DNA of 63,690 nt, filler included, from Octopus bimaculoides (taxonomy: Eukaryota), in assembly GCF_001194135.2 (NCBI RefSeq). It is 7 parts of 6 records of this genome, joined end to end, with 100 filler letters (N's around TTAATTAATTAA, not from the genome) between each part and the next. Parts side by side here need not be neighbours in the genome. Positions count along the whole stretch, not along the records: positions 30,463 to 45,418 come from NC_068987.1; positions 45,519 to 56,245 come from NC_068982.1; 5 more parts are not named here. One strand, written 5' to 3'. Below are positions 35,291 to 50,135 of the stretch, in pieces (positions within the stretch are counted from its first letter, which is position 1; the number at the start of each line of letters is the position of its first letter). The notes beneath the pieces are model-generated. The model made no database searches. It was not told the origin of the DNA and worked only from the letters and a program-made list of their open reading frames with translations. The position numbers were made by a program, and so were the translations under genes.

Positions 35291-37334
35291 TTATCCGATA
35301 ACATGGTTGGGGATACAGAGATAACACTAATTTGTAACTAAGAGAATCGCTTTCTCTTGTGAAATTTCCGTGGAAAAAACCTTCAATAATCAACCATTGC
35401 AGAATTTTTAAAATTTCAAAAATTCACGTAAAAGTTTGATCAGTTAACTGGATAATAATTTATTAAAAGTTTAACCATATTATAAACAGTTAGAGCAAGG
35501 TTGTGCAGAACTGAATATTATAATAAATAATAGAAAAAAAAAACTACGTACCATTTCTTTGAAATAAATTATTTTACTACTTGACTGACGAAATTGGATG
35601 TATTGGCAGAACTGTTAACATGTCAGACACAAAAATCATTCTGGTGTTTGTTTAGACACTTCATTTCTTTTTCAGTTCAAATCTAGCTGCGATAACCTTG
35701 CTTTTGATATTTCGGTTGTTAACACAATAAATCAAAATTTACGTACACCTATAGATACAATCAACTCTACCCTTTCCTCAAATTTAATACATGGTTTCCT
35801 CTGTAAGATATATGTATTCACTTTATGTCAGTTCTCATTAATTTGTCATCCATACTAAGAAGAAATTCATTATTCAGCAATTCCTGTGCTGTGATTCTCC
35901 AAAAAACTTCTAGATGAACTTTAGTTTCATGAAAATATCTCAGCAGATACTACAATAACTGACAATAAGAAAAATATCCGTTGTACATTATAGACATTTA
36001 AAAAATATATCATTGAAGTAATGCACATATTGTTTTAATTTGTTTCGTTTCCTCTTGCATATATCTCTTCCAGATTATCTTGCGAGTCCATGTTGTATTT
36101 ATATTTTGCTCTATGTGGTTAGACTCCTTTCTATAATCAAACGTGGAATATTTTGCAAGTTTATCTAATCAAAAATTTATAATTCTAAATGTAATCCTCT
36201 GAGTTACCGGTTCATCCGTTTGAAACAAGACAATGTAACAGTGAACTGTGCAACATTCCTTATGAACCCGCTACACTTGGTAATATATCTAGGTTTTTTA
36301 ACTAGATCGTAATTGAGCGAGAGTTTAATGTTGCTCGAGACGTTTCTGTTATTAATACTGCCATATTTTTCGAATGAATGACAGAAAAGAAGGTCTTAAA
36401 ATACTACATCATAACTAAATATCGGTATCTTACGATCGCACGAATAGTTCCTATGTGAGACATATCACACTAATCCCAAAATCCGTTTTCAAACTCCCGA
36501 CAGCTCACACCAAGTTAACTTCTTATCTGTTGTTAAATTCCTCGCGTGTTCATTCAGCGTGTCAATTGGCTTTCTCCATTTCTCTTCTGTCGTCTTTGGA
36601 TGTTACGACCGAATTTCGCTGTTGCAGTTGTTAGTATACAGCACCACATAAAGGGCTGCAATAAAATCAATATGAGAGCTCCTTTTCAGGACTGATTTTA
36701 ACTAAATTTTGGTTTTCTGAATCATCATTTAATATTCTGAATTTCAGAAAGAATATTGGAAATATTTCGTCTGCTAACATTTTCTGGATATGGTTGGGGC
36801 CCATTGCATGTTATACCTCCTATGAGTTCTTTAGATGGATATGTGAAAGAATCACTCCGATATTAACTCAATATGTTTTATTCTTGTTTTCTCTTGTGGC
36901 TCTTGTAGCCTTCCTGACGCGTTTGTATTTCTGGTTGATATTGCCAAGTTAACGTTTTATACTGACAATCTATGAGGAGCACAGTGCTAAAATGAAAGTC
37001 TCCAGTGCCGCTGCTATAATCCGAGACTGAGTTAGATCTGCAAACTCACTCTGTATGCTACTGTACCTTATGGAAGCCAACATCAAATAACGACCGACTA
37101 CAACTGATGGTCTCTTACATTCATCATATTGTTTCACATTCGTGACTCTTTTGTGAGCTAGATTTGTGTTGGGAATATCACATGTCCGAAATACTCAGTC
37201 ATGAGATTTCCAAAACTGACTTATCCTAAATGATTTTATATAGAACTTAGGAAAAAATCAGATTCATAAAATTGCCACTCTTCGATATTATGATATTCAG
37301 TTCTGCACACGGCTTGAATTTTTTTTTTTTTTTT

Positions 37335-37735
37335 TGTGGGTTGGGCAGTTGATTAGATCGACCCCAGTACGCAACTGGTACTTAATTTAACGATTCCGAA
37401 AGGATGAAAGACAAAGTCAACCTCGGCGGAATTCGAACACAACGTAAAGACAGATGAAATACCGCTAAGCATTTCCCCCGGCGTGCTAACGTCTCTTATT
37501 TCTTTATTGCCCACGGGTGTCTAAACATAGAGGGGACAAACAAAGACCGATAAAGGGATTAAGTCGATTATAGCGACCCCAATGCGTAACTGGTACTTAT
37601 TTAATCGACCCCGAAAGGATGAAAGGCCAAGTGGACCTCGGCGGAATTTGAACTCAGAATGTAGCGGCAGACGAAATACCGCAAAGCATCTCGCCCGGCG
37701 TGCTAACGTTTCTGCCAGTTTCACCAGCTTCACTC
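37335..37735 (-). mobile_element. Two adjacent tRNA-SINEs with conserved central core
   Basis: Two copies of cgacccc..actggtactt..ccgaaaggatgaaag..cctcggcggaatt.gaac; CpGs retained. Confidence 0.8.
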
Positions 37736-37984
37736 TTCGATGTATTACTACTGTGCATGAATTCTAAGAGTGTGCGAAGGTGTCGTGTTAATATATAAAT
37801 TATAAGTACTAGTGTATTTTTGTCCTGTCACGCACATCACATTGGCTATTACACCAGGAAATCGCTCATTGAAACGTAATAGTAAATAAATACATTCTAA
37901 TGATCTAAAAACGAATTGAAAATATATGTGAAAACTTAATGGCTCGACATTTGGAATGGATTTTGATATTTGGTAGAAATACGG

Positions 37985-38090
37985 ATATTACTCAAGCCGT
38001 CCCGCGGTGGGACTTAACCCGGAGTCATGTGGATTCGAAGCAAGCTTCTCACCACACAGCAACACCTGCACCGTATTTGGAGAGTGAGAA
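37985..38090 (-). mobile_element. SINE tRNA head fragment
   Basis: Reverse complement resembles the head of 61657-62047. Confidence 0.55.
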
Positions 38091-40019
38091 GCCTGGACCG
38101 ACACCATGCATAATACTCATAACGACTAGATAGACTACAGCAAGGTGATATGAAGGCCATAAGTCAATACGAAAACGTGGCGTCTGTTCAAGGAACTGAA
38201 ATCACGACTTCATGATCATGTAGCAAACGACCATAACAATTAGACTAGGTTTCCCCACATACTACAAAAGAATATAATTACATGGTAGACATTTAATCTT
38301 TATCAATAATGCTATGAATTATAATAATATATTTTATATTATTTTATATTCTATTTGTTAAATTCATGTCTGGATATTTTAATTTAATAATTTCTATTTT
38401 GCCCTAAGTTGATCGACATCAGTTAATTATTAACGATTTAAACGAGTCCCGAATGAATAAGAGATGCAAATAAGTAATTTACGAAAATCATGATGCTAAA
38501 TCAAGTGCAAAATTTTGTTCTTTTTGTTGTGCTTAATTTAAATTAAAACTTTAATTGAAATGTTTAATATTAATAAAATTGATAAAGAAAAAGAATGCTA
38601 TATTGATAACTGATAAAAATAAAATATCATATTATTTAACAAAACTATTCATTCTACTGTTATGATGTATAATCTTGTTGGTGAGCTTACTACTGATATT
38701 CTATTATGTCTCAATGACTAAGTATAAGCCACAAAACATTGGACTTAAGTATTTTGGCTATTTCCAAGGAAGCAATACTTTCCATTGATGTTCTTCTTTC
38801 ATCACTGAAGTGCACCAGTAATATGGCGCCGCCTCGAAGAGGTCACTAAACCGAGTCCAACCCCGTATATATTCTAAATACTGTTGGAAATGTTTGGGTC
38901 TCTTATACCCGAACCACTTCTACTTGACTAAGGGCTCTGAAATGCTGGTGACACAGTTCCCATACGCAGACACACATGTACACATAAGAGTCTGTATGTA
39001 TGCGTACGATAGGTTCGTATACTGCTTCTGTCAACGAAATTCGCTCACAACTCATCGGAAACTTGTCTAAGATGCCGCAAGCTATTACTGAACTCAAAAG
39101 CAGGTAGTTGCGAAGCAAACTTTTGATATGTCAACTACTGTATAGGTTGCTGAGAGCAACTGATAGTTAAACAATCAACTTTGCTTCGAAATCATGAGTC
39201 CTTTACATTTGGCCCACATGTATTCATCGATAAGCATGAAGTAATGAATTGGACTAGGTATTTAAAGGTGTTGTGGGACTTTTAATTCGTCGTGTGTAAG
39301 CTGCATAAGGTATATGATTCAGCGGTTCCAGTGACTGGTCGCATTGTTAAAACCGTGTCGTTGACGTATGAATTTTGACAGGTGCTAACAGACGTCTCTA
39401 CTTGTAGTAATGTAGTTGTTTTCGCTTACGTTTGTTATTTTCACCATCCATATACATGTGTATTTGTCTTTGTGTAAATATAATCCCGTTAATACTATGG
39501 CCGAGGTCATCAGAACGATTTGACATCATTCTATATACAAGTTTAAAAACGTTGTGTTATTTAAGATAGTTCAAACAACGTCCGTAGCGATGATAAAGAC
39601 CCAGATTAATCTAAAGTCTTTATACATGTGAACTTCAGCCATTTTGTATGAATGCAGCAGTCTCTGAGTTTTTAGTCTGCTCTCCGCTTTCTACCTACAC
39701 TCTCTATCTTTCTCTCCTTCTGTGTGTGTATGTATGTATATATATATATATNNNNNNNNNNNNNNNNNNNNNNNNNNNNNNNNNNNNNNNNNNNNNNNNN
39801 NNNNNNNNNNNNNNNNNNNNNNNNNNNNNNNNNNNNNNNNNNNNNNNNNNNNNNNNNNNNNNNNNNNNNNNNNNNNNNNNNNNNNNNNNNNNNNNNNNNN
39901 NNNNNNNNNNNNNNNNNNNNNNNNNNNNNNNNNNNNNNNNNNNNNNNNNNNNNNNNNNNNNNNNNNNNNNNNNNNNNNNNNNNNNNNNNNNNNNNNNNNN
40001 NNNNNNNNNNNNNNNNNNN

Positions 40020-40071
<52 letters not shown>

Positions 40072-40119
40072 TGTGTGTGTGCGCGTGTATGTGTGTGTGT
40101 TATCCTTTATTTTTTACTT

Positions 40120-40505
40120 GTTTTAGTATTTAGACTGCGGCCATTCAGGGACACTACCTTGAGCAATTTTTAATCGAATGTATCGATCGGTGTACTTGTT
40201 TTTTTTTAAGTCAACTACTTAGTCTATCGCCCTCTTCTGCCCAACCACTAAGTTACGAGGACGTAAACACAGCAGCATCAGTTGTCAACCGGAGAGGGGG
40301 GAACATACACAAACACAAATTCACATACACAGAATATATATTTATATTTGTACAACTAGCTTCTTTCAATTTCCGTCTACCAAATCTAATCACAAACATT
40401 TGGTCGTACAAAGGCTATTGTAGAAAACACTTGCCCAAAGTGCCACGCAGTGGGACGGATCTCCGAACCATGTGGTTGGGAAGTAATTTTCTTAACACAC
40501 AGCCG
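40120..40505 (-). mobile_element. Near full-length tRNA-SINE (family of 61657-62047)
   Basis: Head, central microsatellite and tail all recognisable. Confidence 0.75.
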
Positions 40506-42404
40506 TGACTTCGCCTCCATACAGTAACGCATCTACAGATATNNNNNNNNNNNNNNNNNNNNNNNNNNNNNNNNNNNNNNNNNNNNNNNNNNNNNNNNNN
40601 NNNNNNNNNNNNNNNNNNNNNNNNNNNNNNNNNNNNNNNNNNNNNNNNNNNNNNNNNNNNNNNNNNNNNNNNNNNNNNNNNNNNNNNNNNNNNNNNNNNN
40701 NNNNNNNNNNNNNNNNNNNNNNNNNNNNNNNNNNNNNNNNNNNNNNNNNNNNNNNNNNNNNNNNNNNNNNNNNNNNNNNNNNNNNNNNNNNNNNNNNNNN
40801 NNNNNNNNNNNNNNNNNNNNNNNNNNNNNNNNNNNNNNNNNNNNNNNNNNNNNNNNNNNNNNNNNNNNNNNNNNNNNNNNNNNNNNNNNATATATATCAT
40901 TATTGTGTGTTTATAACTGATGTCCTTTTATACAGCGTTGAATAAAAGTAAGCTAATTTTAGACAGCAACTTCTTATTATTGAACAAAAACTTTCATTGA
41001 GATCCAATATATACATTAATATTATTAGATATGCTGAGAAATATTACGAGAATAAATTTTGTGGTATTGATACATAAAGAGATTAAACCCACTCAAACTC
41101 CTAATCAATGATTTTTCTTTCTTTCGTTCTAAGATACGTGAAAGTATTATAGAAAGGAATAAACCATAGACTTCCTACTACTTGTGAAAGAATCTTGAAA
41201 AGAAAAATTTCAAGAATTCTTTATGCAAAAATATATTTTTCGGAAATATATAAAATTCTTTATTCTCTTTTTTTTCCTCTCTCTCTTCCTTATCCAATTC
41301 CAGTTCTCTTGCAAATCCTCTCAGTAATTTTCATTATTGCAAGATGTTTTATTCTTCTTTTAATCACAAAATAGTCCTTTTTTAATTACCTACATGTATT
41401 TCGTATTTCGTTGCTTGGATGATATATAATAGCTTTACTTTAAGAAAAAGATTGTCAGTTAAATGAATTAGAAGTAGAATACACATCGTCCCAACTTTAG
41501 AGTTTGACATTCTGTTGTATAATTTTTAAAATTGCATAGACCAAAATCAGAACAAATATTTAACTTTGACTTCTTCAGTTCTACAAACAATCCTGCATTT
41601 ATCTCGGTGAAAAGAAATACTCATCAGGACATGTCTGCAACTGACAGCTGCTCCAGTGAATAGATGCAATATTACGGTTGGCAAACGCAAGCGATTTTAA
41701 GCTGTAAGGCTGCCATATCAAACAAGTAAATATCTATAGTTCCATAAAATTCGATGAAAAGGTAGAAGAGAAAAGAATTGACATATAAAATCGTGATTTA
41801 AAAGTTTAAAGGAGAGTAAGGCAAATACTTTAAAGATAAGTAAACGAGTTAGAAGTTAGTGACGTCTAACCAATAGAAAATGCCGTCAGTCAATTCACAG
41901 AATACAGTTCCTGAACTAACATAATTTCGTATGAATGTTATCTTTGACAACAACAGGTGCTTTTATCACTCTTTTAAAGAAATATCCCCCATTATAGTAG
42001 TTGTAGAACCGCTTCAAAAAGTTTTACCAATATTTTAATTTAGAAAAAAAGATAAATACCTGTAAGTATGAGAGTGTTGCCCTGTCTTCTTTTAGTCTTA
42101 TATATGGAAGTAGAAAATTAATAGAATAGTCTAAATATCTAATAAATATTTCGAAATGTGCTCCAATTAAATAAGTAAAATTTTAAAGATACGTAAATAA
42201 TTCTATTGTGATGAATTATTTTACTTCTAATGACTGTGATACTACACCACACGTTATATAATTGTGATTATTTAAAATCTTTATGACACAGAAGATGATT
42301 TAACATCTTAATGACACACCCCTCATTCATTAAGTAAATTCATTTTCATAAATATTCTTTGCAGGAACAATAACAGTGTAAACAGAAAGAAAACGAGGGA
42401 AGAA

Positions 42405-42615
42405 CATACAGAGAGAGGGAGAGAGAGAAAGAGAGGGATGGGGAGAGGAGGAGAGAGAAAGAGAGGGAGGGGGAGAGGAGGAGAGAGAAAGAGAGGGAGA
42501 TTCAGAAAGAGTGGGAGAAAGAGAAAGAGAGAGAGAGAGGGAAGGGCAATTAGACAGGCAAACAGATAGACAGACAGACAGGCAAACAGATAAAGACAGA
42601 GAGAAAGAAAGGAAG
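42405..42615. repeat. GA-rich purine tract plus (GACA)n
   Basis: Directly visible. Confidence 0.85.
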
Positions 42616-45518
42616 AATGTGGCTTTTCGTTTTCAATATATATATATATTCCTTTTTCTCAAACGCATATAATTACGATAAGCTTCAAATATTATAAACC
42701 ATTTAACTACAAAGCATCATTGTAACAGGTGAGACAAGAATTACCACTAGATGGCTACTCATTTAGAGATAATATATTATATTGATAAACTTCTGAACTA
42801 TTTTTATCTGTTATATCGTTGAATGTAATTTAGTCATAAAAGATCAAAATAATTTAGGGAAATTAGATTTTCTTTATCATTATCTGCGAAAAATGTTATT
42901 CGTTTGACTGACAACAATGACGATTTACCACATTCTGTACTATTGAATATTGTATTTTTTATTTTTTATTCCACTAAAAAGTTATTAATATAATTTAATA
43001 TAATCATACGTCACTAAGAAATAAATTATATACATAAAAATAAATGGAATTTAATTTTCAAAGCCATCATCTAATCACACATTGACCCGCACCTTTTCCA
43101 TAATATTTACTATAAACGAAAGCCAGCGTTACTGTGACGGTTTAAGCATGAAATCATTAGATTAAATTCAAGGCTTTATCATAGGAATTCCTGTTGAGAT
43201 AACTATATCGCTCCAAAATTTCAGGATTAATGAAAGCACTTTATAGTCCTTTTTCTGAATTCCAACTTTACCAAAAAATTGGACAAATAATTAATGATGG
43301 TTCAACCAATTCCCTCACAAAATTCATCAAATACCTCTATGAGATTACCACGATACTAATAATATTTCATGCTAAGACTATTCGGAAAAAATTACGTAAG
43401 GTTTTCGTTCATATTTATTTTTAATCTTCAGTATATATCATTTTCGTATTATGGAAATAAAAGTAAAATATTGCATTTAATAGTGACATTTTTTCCATTT
43501 TGGATAAACGGGATATAACTACTTATAGCAAACGCAGGACTTATTTTGTTTTTGCTATGTTAGGAGATATTAAAAGAAAAGACGGAAGCATGTAAGATTT
43601 GAAATCAGAATTCAAATGTTCGAAGCTAAGTATTGGAAGACATTTTGTACTGCGATCTACCTTTCAATCTTGCATAGTCCAGAGGATGAAGTACAAGGAT
43701 TTTATCTGAAGAGACATACCTACGTGTTTAAAAATATCGCTCCTCAGTGCTCAGCACGGCCTTCTACTCAAGTCAACCGCATCACTCTCTGTACAACCTG
43801 GTAGACTGAAAGTGTGTACAATCTCGTCGGATTAATCGTTCCAGCTCTGGGTCTCCAGTCTTTCTATCTCTATCAGTACAGCACTAATATCTAGCCCTTG
43901 TTATTCTTGGTCATAGAGTTTACTCTGATGCAGTGATCAGAGCAGATCTGTTGAATGACGATATATTTTTTTTCTTCAATCAAGCCTTTTTTTTTCCCTT
44001 TAATCAAGGTTTTTTTTTCCTTCAATCAACGCCGCAGATCCTTTTATTAGGTTATGTAAATAGAGGTAAACAGAGGTAAATAGAAAACTCAACTTCTGAT
44101 CGTTTCCGATATAGGCACAGATGAGCGTATTAGTTGATATCCACAAACTTAGTACTTGACCGCTTCTTTATTTTATCAACAAAATAGCCAGACGAAATGC
44201 AGGGAGACATCTTGTCCTAATCCCTAAAATTTTACAATGCATTAGGCGTCGGGTACTGTTTGCTCTCAAATTGCTGCATTTGACTGGTACTCTATTTCAT
44301 TGACTCTAGTGGGTTAAGCGACAAGCATAATAAGGCTGAGACTTGAACTCGGAATATCAAGATCCAGATTACATACCACAGGATATTTATCCGACGCTCC
44401 AGCGAGTCTGCAAACTCGCCATCAATTTCAGCTTCGTAATAATGTGAATAGAAAATAGTGAAACACACCGACACCACGCACTACACAGCTATTTGAGTGT
44501 TATCATATAATTGATTTAACCCCAGTATAGTAATACTTTTCAATTAAAAGATATGTATATCTGATAATAATCTTCGATTTAGTGAATTCATTGGTGATTC
44601 ATTGAATTGCTGACCTTGTATTTATCTATTTTGCTCCATGTTTATCCAGTTCGATATCATTAGTGTCGTGCTGTAGCTATATTAATGAGCTTGACTCCTG
44701 AGAGTGAAGTACGTTTCATATCAGAATGCTAATTATTACATTGATAACGGCGATCAGTATACGGTACCATCTACGAAATCAGTTGTACGAATTTGTATAA
44801 GGAAAAGAAAACAAAAAATTGAAATCAGTCCTTAATAAATTGGCCATTGAATGACAGTCCAATTAATTTACGTTCAGTTAGACATGGACTCTTTCCCACG
44901 GCGTTTAAATACAGTTTTGATATGTAGCCTTCATTAGGAATTTCGAAGTATCCTTGAACTGGAAAAAGTGGTATTAACATATGTAGATGTACTATGTAAA
45001 CAATAAAAAAAACCCCAGAAAATTAAGGTGTGCTTTCCACGCGTAAGAAGAAAATATATTAACGTATCGATAAGTATTAGTTTGTGGAGAGCTTTTTGCT
45101 GCTTAGTAACTGAAGTTACATGCATATCCTCCACAATATCTTCATAATTCATCTCTTCATTCCCATCACAGTAAAATGTGAGAATAATCGTAAAGAATAC
45201 AATAATTCACATATATTGTTCTTGTGATTATCATCGATAGTTACAGCAATATTTATACGTAAGTGATGTATTTTCAATCAAGATATTTCCGAAGTAAATT
45301 ATTATAAGACCACGCATGCAGAGAAAGCAATTATCTGTGTGTGTGTGTGTATTTGTGCCCGCAAGCGCAAGTGTATATGTATGTGTGTGTAGCTGTATAT
45401 ATATATATATATATATATNNNNNNNNNNNNNNNNNNNNNNNNNNNNNNNNNNNNNNNNNNNNTTAATTAATTAANNNNNNNNNNNNNNNNNNNNNNNNNN
45501 NNNNNNNNNNNNNNNNNN

Positions 45519-45960
45519 TCATAATGTTGTAAGAGCTGGGTCAGGCAGCTCCTACCTGGTCGAAAGCCATGTTGGGTATCACTCAGCAATTTATTTTCTT
45601 CAAGGAATGCAATTAGTTTTCCTCTGACTATCCTTTCCATGACTTTGCTGATGTGTGAAGTCAGAGAGATAGGCCTATAGTTTTTGGCATCTGCTCTGCT
45701 TCCCCCTTTATGGATTGGGCATATTATTCCCTCCTTCAGCTTGCTTGGCAGTCTGCCTTTGCGAGAAAGCTCTGGAAGAGGATCTGGAGGGGTTTTGCCA
45801 GGGCATGTTTACACGATTTAAGGAGGATTGCTGGGAAACCATCAGGGCCAGCAGTTGAGTTTGTGTCCACTTCATGTATAGCTAGTAGTACATCTTCTTC
45901 GCTAATGTTGATGTATTCTATTGTAACTGCCTCACTGGTTATAGGGGAGGTAGCATAAAA
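45519..45960 (-). mobile_element. CR1/L2/Jockey-group LINE RT N-terminal fragment
   Basis: STAGPDGFPAILLKSCKHALAKPL..PIHKGGSRADAKNYRPISLTSHISKVMERI..QHGFRPGRSCLTQLL. Confidence 0.85.
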
Positions 45961-47103
45961 CTGAGAATGTGTGTGTCTGTCTGTATACATACCCGCAGAA
46001 CTTCTAAAGTTCGCAACTGATTTTCTCCAGACTGGGAACACATATCACTTATGTTCCAGAGATGGTTTGAGACTTTTAAAAGTTTTCACATAATGAGTAA
46101 TGGAGCTCCTGGAGGCAGAAAATACCCTGTCCTGGGGTCCGTACGACTGCCCACATGGTCCACGCATTGCTTCTGTTCAAAATGGAAAAAACAGCTACTG
46201 AAATTATATAAGTAGGTTGTATTAAATGGATGAACCGATGTAGACTTCAAACTGCGTTGTCTAAATGGTAGCAACAATAGCCTGTTCCCGTAGTACCATA
46301 GGTAGCAATTTGTTGGAATAAAAACCATTTCGAACGTACTATGTTAAATATGAAAAATATGCTGTTCAGTCCTGAGCAACTATTCAACTATTTTCTTTCA
46401 CCTTCAGTATCAAAGTCTTCCTTCTAAGCATAGACGAATTCCATACAAATATTCTTCAGCTATTGATTACAAATCGAAATATCACATGTACATTAGCCTA
46501 CTAATTTATGGTGTCTAAGACCCAACTACGTTAGTTAGAGACCGTGTCTTTAATGTGACCTTGCGTGCCCGGACACTGTATGCAGAATTGTTTTCGTTTG
46601 GGAGCTGAGTTGTCCTCAATGGTCGCACGCTGTTTACGCGAAGGAGTGTACGGGTGAACCACGACTATTGATTCCAAACCGAAATATCGCATGACAGTGT
46701 TGTTTTCAAGTGCTTCCTTGCCAATCCCACCACCTCCCACTTAACACGTCATTTCTTTCATGTAGATTTCTCTCATGTGGTGTTGTTGAGCGCGCCCACA
46801 GGCTTAATTTATCACGTAGATGCAGTTCCTATGTCTGCTGGTTGTTCAGCGTGGTAGCGGCAGCGACAGCCGCAAAGGAGAGTATATCCACTGAGAGCTT
46901 TTTGGTGCGATCAAAAATCACATACTCCCACCCACTTTTCCATGACAAGATTAGGGCCTGGAATCTTCCAAACAGACGCATGACATGTCAGTCGAATAAG
47001 CCCTTCATTTACTCCACAAATGTTTTGTCGTCAATGCTGCACTTCCCCGTTTCACACGTTTCAACTTAACTGTACCATACTATACAAACTATGCTATTTA
47101 AAT

Positions 47104-47131
47104 CCCGAGCGACGCCGTGTATGTCTATTAG
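47104..47131 (+). mobile_element. Degenerate Helitron-like 3' terminus
   Basis: cccgagcgacgccgtgtatgtctattag|t resembles the hairpin+CTAG end at 27274-27299. Confidence 0.4.
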
Positions 47132-47954
47132 TATCTGTATATATATATGTATATATATACATGTATATATACGTATATGTGTATATATATATATGCATAT
47201 GTATATATATATGGAGCAACTATTCAACTATAGAGACATATGTCCACACATATGGAGATACACATCCATACATACAGACACAGTACATAGTTGCAAAAAA
47301 CCCATGCACACACATTCAGACATGCACACACAAGGTGACAGAAGTACACACAAACACATGCAAACATACACAGACACACACACAAAAATACAAACACGAA
47401 CATACAAACACATGAATATGCAGGCAGAATACATACATACATATATACATACACATACACACACATATATACATGCATACACGCATGCATGCATACATAC
47501 ATACATGATGGCTGCCCCCTCGTTATCGAGTATGGCCATTGCACGAAGCTTAACTTAACGGTGCTGTGATCGAATGTGACTTTTTAGCCTAGCCAAAGAT
47601 CTGTGTATGCTTGCATGTGTGTGTGTGTGTGTGTGTGTGTGTTTTGCAACTATTTACTGTGTCTGTATGTATGGATGTGTATCTCCATGTGTGGACATAT
47701 GTCTCTATATGTATCCTTGTGTGTGTATATATGGTCATGTGTTTCAGTCTTCATTTGTGTGTGTGTGTGTGTTCGTGTGCTTGTCTGTTCATATAACCTA
47801 TGTACCTATCCGTGTGTATGTCGATCTGTTTACATTCATATCCATATGCCTACATACATGTGCATATACATGTACACACACTCACACATACATACATCTA
47901 TCTACATAACATCCCACTAACTATTCTATTCAACCTGTGGGTCTGGGGTACGAT

Positions 47955-48230
47955 ATCTACTACGTATATTTCCTATTTAGTACTGGTGATGTTTCATTTA
48001 TGAGGACATACTCCTGTATTTGTGTGAGTGTTGGGTCCTTTGGGTGCTTAGATAAAATGTGGATGTCATGTTGACCCAGGTTGCCTCCATGTTGGTAGAG
48101 TATGGAGGACTGTTTTTCGTCATCATATTGTCTTAAATGTTCATTTAGTTGTTCCGCAATGCTCCTAGATGTCTCTCCAATGTATGTCATGTTCATGTCT
48201 TTACAAGCACCTTCTATGCATCTTATAAGG
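47955..48230 (-). pseudogene. PLE GIY-YIG endonuclease fragment
   Basis: LIRCIEGACKDMNMTYIGETSRSIAEQLNEH..IQEYVLINETSPVLNRK. Confidence 0.85.
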
Positions 48231-49586
48231 CACTAAAAGAGAATGCCTCTCCCCCAAACACAACAAAATATGCTTCAACACACAAACTCACATAAACCAA
48301 ATCCAAACCGAAATAATTCAGGGAAATATTTTACAGTTACATAGATTACTTAATGCAATTCTTATAACTGAGACATGAAACAAATACTAATTTCATAACT
48401 CTGTAGCCCAATGTAAATAATTCACTTGCACTATTTACTTATTTTAACTCATTGATTGTAATCAATCAGCTTATCTTGTCATCAAAAGATTAATAACTAT
48501 AGGTGACAGAAACAAAGTAAAGGTTAAATAACAATGTGGATTAGGTTCAGAACTACTAGACCATGGGTTCATATCTGACTAGAAAAATTTAATTGCATTT
48601 TTATGCAATTTATTTAGTTCTACAGGATTCAGGTTCCCTAATTGAAAATTAGGTATAACATGTATTGCTAGACAATTAATTAGCTTACATCACTTAACAA
48701 CTTACATAGGAAGATTTCTTTTTCAGATTGATGTACCATCTCTATGAATTACGTAAATTAGTATTAAGTAAATTAAGCAAATTAGTAATTAATAAATTAA
48801 ACTACAAAGCAACCATCAACATATTCACAAAACAAACACAAACTGTTTATAAAATAATAGAATTGCTTTTATTTCTTTGATCAAAATTTCAAAAGTGTAC
48901 ATGGCATTTGTATTAATACTGGTAACAGAAATGCAGTATTTTAGCTTACATTTCAGCAAAAATTATATTGTTCCTTCAAAATCCTCAGAAAGGAAAGTAA
49001 GGTCATGTAACATTCAAGCCATTCACAATGATATTAGTGACATAAGTAGGTGTTAGTCTGCATCAGTAAGATTTGCATTATTTTGTAAAGATTAATAAGA
49101 AGAGTACAAAGTTTTGGACAGACACTTTCTTAAGGGAAAAGTTGACGGGCAAAATCTGTCAACTTTCTCTTGAAGAACTCTTTCCTTGATGTCAAATTTT
49201 CGAATCCCTAGAGTATGTAGTGAAATAGCTACAACTGGGAGTTGAACCAAAGTCATGAACTTAATTCACCAGGAGCTTACTTACGCAGTATGACAATAAA
49301 AATATTGCAATGCTTAAAAACATTCAAAAATCAAATACAAAAATAATCAATATTTAAGTAAGAAACTAGTGCCAAGATATTTTCCTGAATAGAAGTTAAA
49401 TTTTTTGTTTTAGAGAATAAAATATGTCAAATTATGAGATTTATTTCATTGATAAATGATTAGAAATAATTCTTTCTTTACTGGCGATGAAGGTCTTAAT
49501 CAGAAGGATTATACAGGTGGATATGTTATTTCAGTATCATTTGACAGGTTTCATTATTGGATATGTTCCTGTTGACCAATTAGATT

Positions 49587-49699
49587 TTACTGTAGTGTTT
49601 CTTTAATGTAGTCATCAACCAGTTCTTCAAGTATACACAGGGAAACACAGCCTGCTTTCAACACAACATCATGGAAGTCCCGAATATCAAATTTGCTAC
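49587..49699 (-). CDS. DUF885-family protein, terminal coding exon
   Basis: ctttattgtag|GT AGC..; (G)SKFDIRDFHDVVLKAGCVSLCILEELVDDYIKETLQ*; matches the family C-terminal pattern F-D-x-R-x-F-H-D-x-x-L; AATAAA at 49445-49440. Confidence 0.93.
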
Positions 49700-50135
49700 C
49701 TACAATAAAGAACATGTCTTTTCTAAAAAAATATTGTTCAGTTAAATATGACACAAATGAATAATTATAGTATCAAATCTCGGTCATTATGACAAGGAAT
49801 TCAATGCAATGGTAATTTTATTGTAAAAAAGAACTAGAATTAGTAATCAAAATTTGCTTAATTCTTTACTTTCACGTTCATTTTTCCATGCTAGCATGGG
49901 TTGAACAACTATGTTACTAACGGATTATTTTACAGCTAGATGACTCTTCTGTCACTAAGCTTTACCTGCTTTTCAAGTATTTCATTCCATACATTTTCAA
50001 AGGTGCAAAGCCAGTGAATGACCAGTTAACCAGAAAATTACAGCAATGTCACCACCTGCAGCTGTATGAATTTCAGAGAAGCATGAATGTAAACAGACAC
50101 ACAGACACATGTGTACACATACATATGTATGTACA

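Noticed and set aside
41590-41630. CUGAUGA followed by a weak hairpin (minus)
   Set aside because: GAAA and NUH/stem I absent
47510-47595. Possible 5S rRNA-derived sequence (AGTTAAGC..ATACTCGAT on minus)
   Set aside because: Similarity limited to a short A-box-like word
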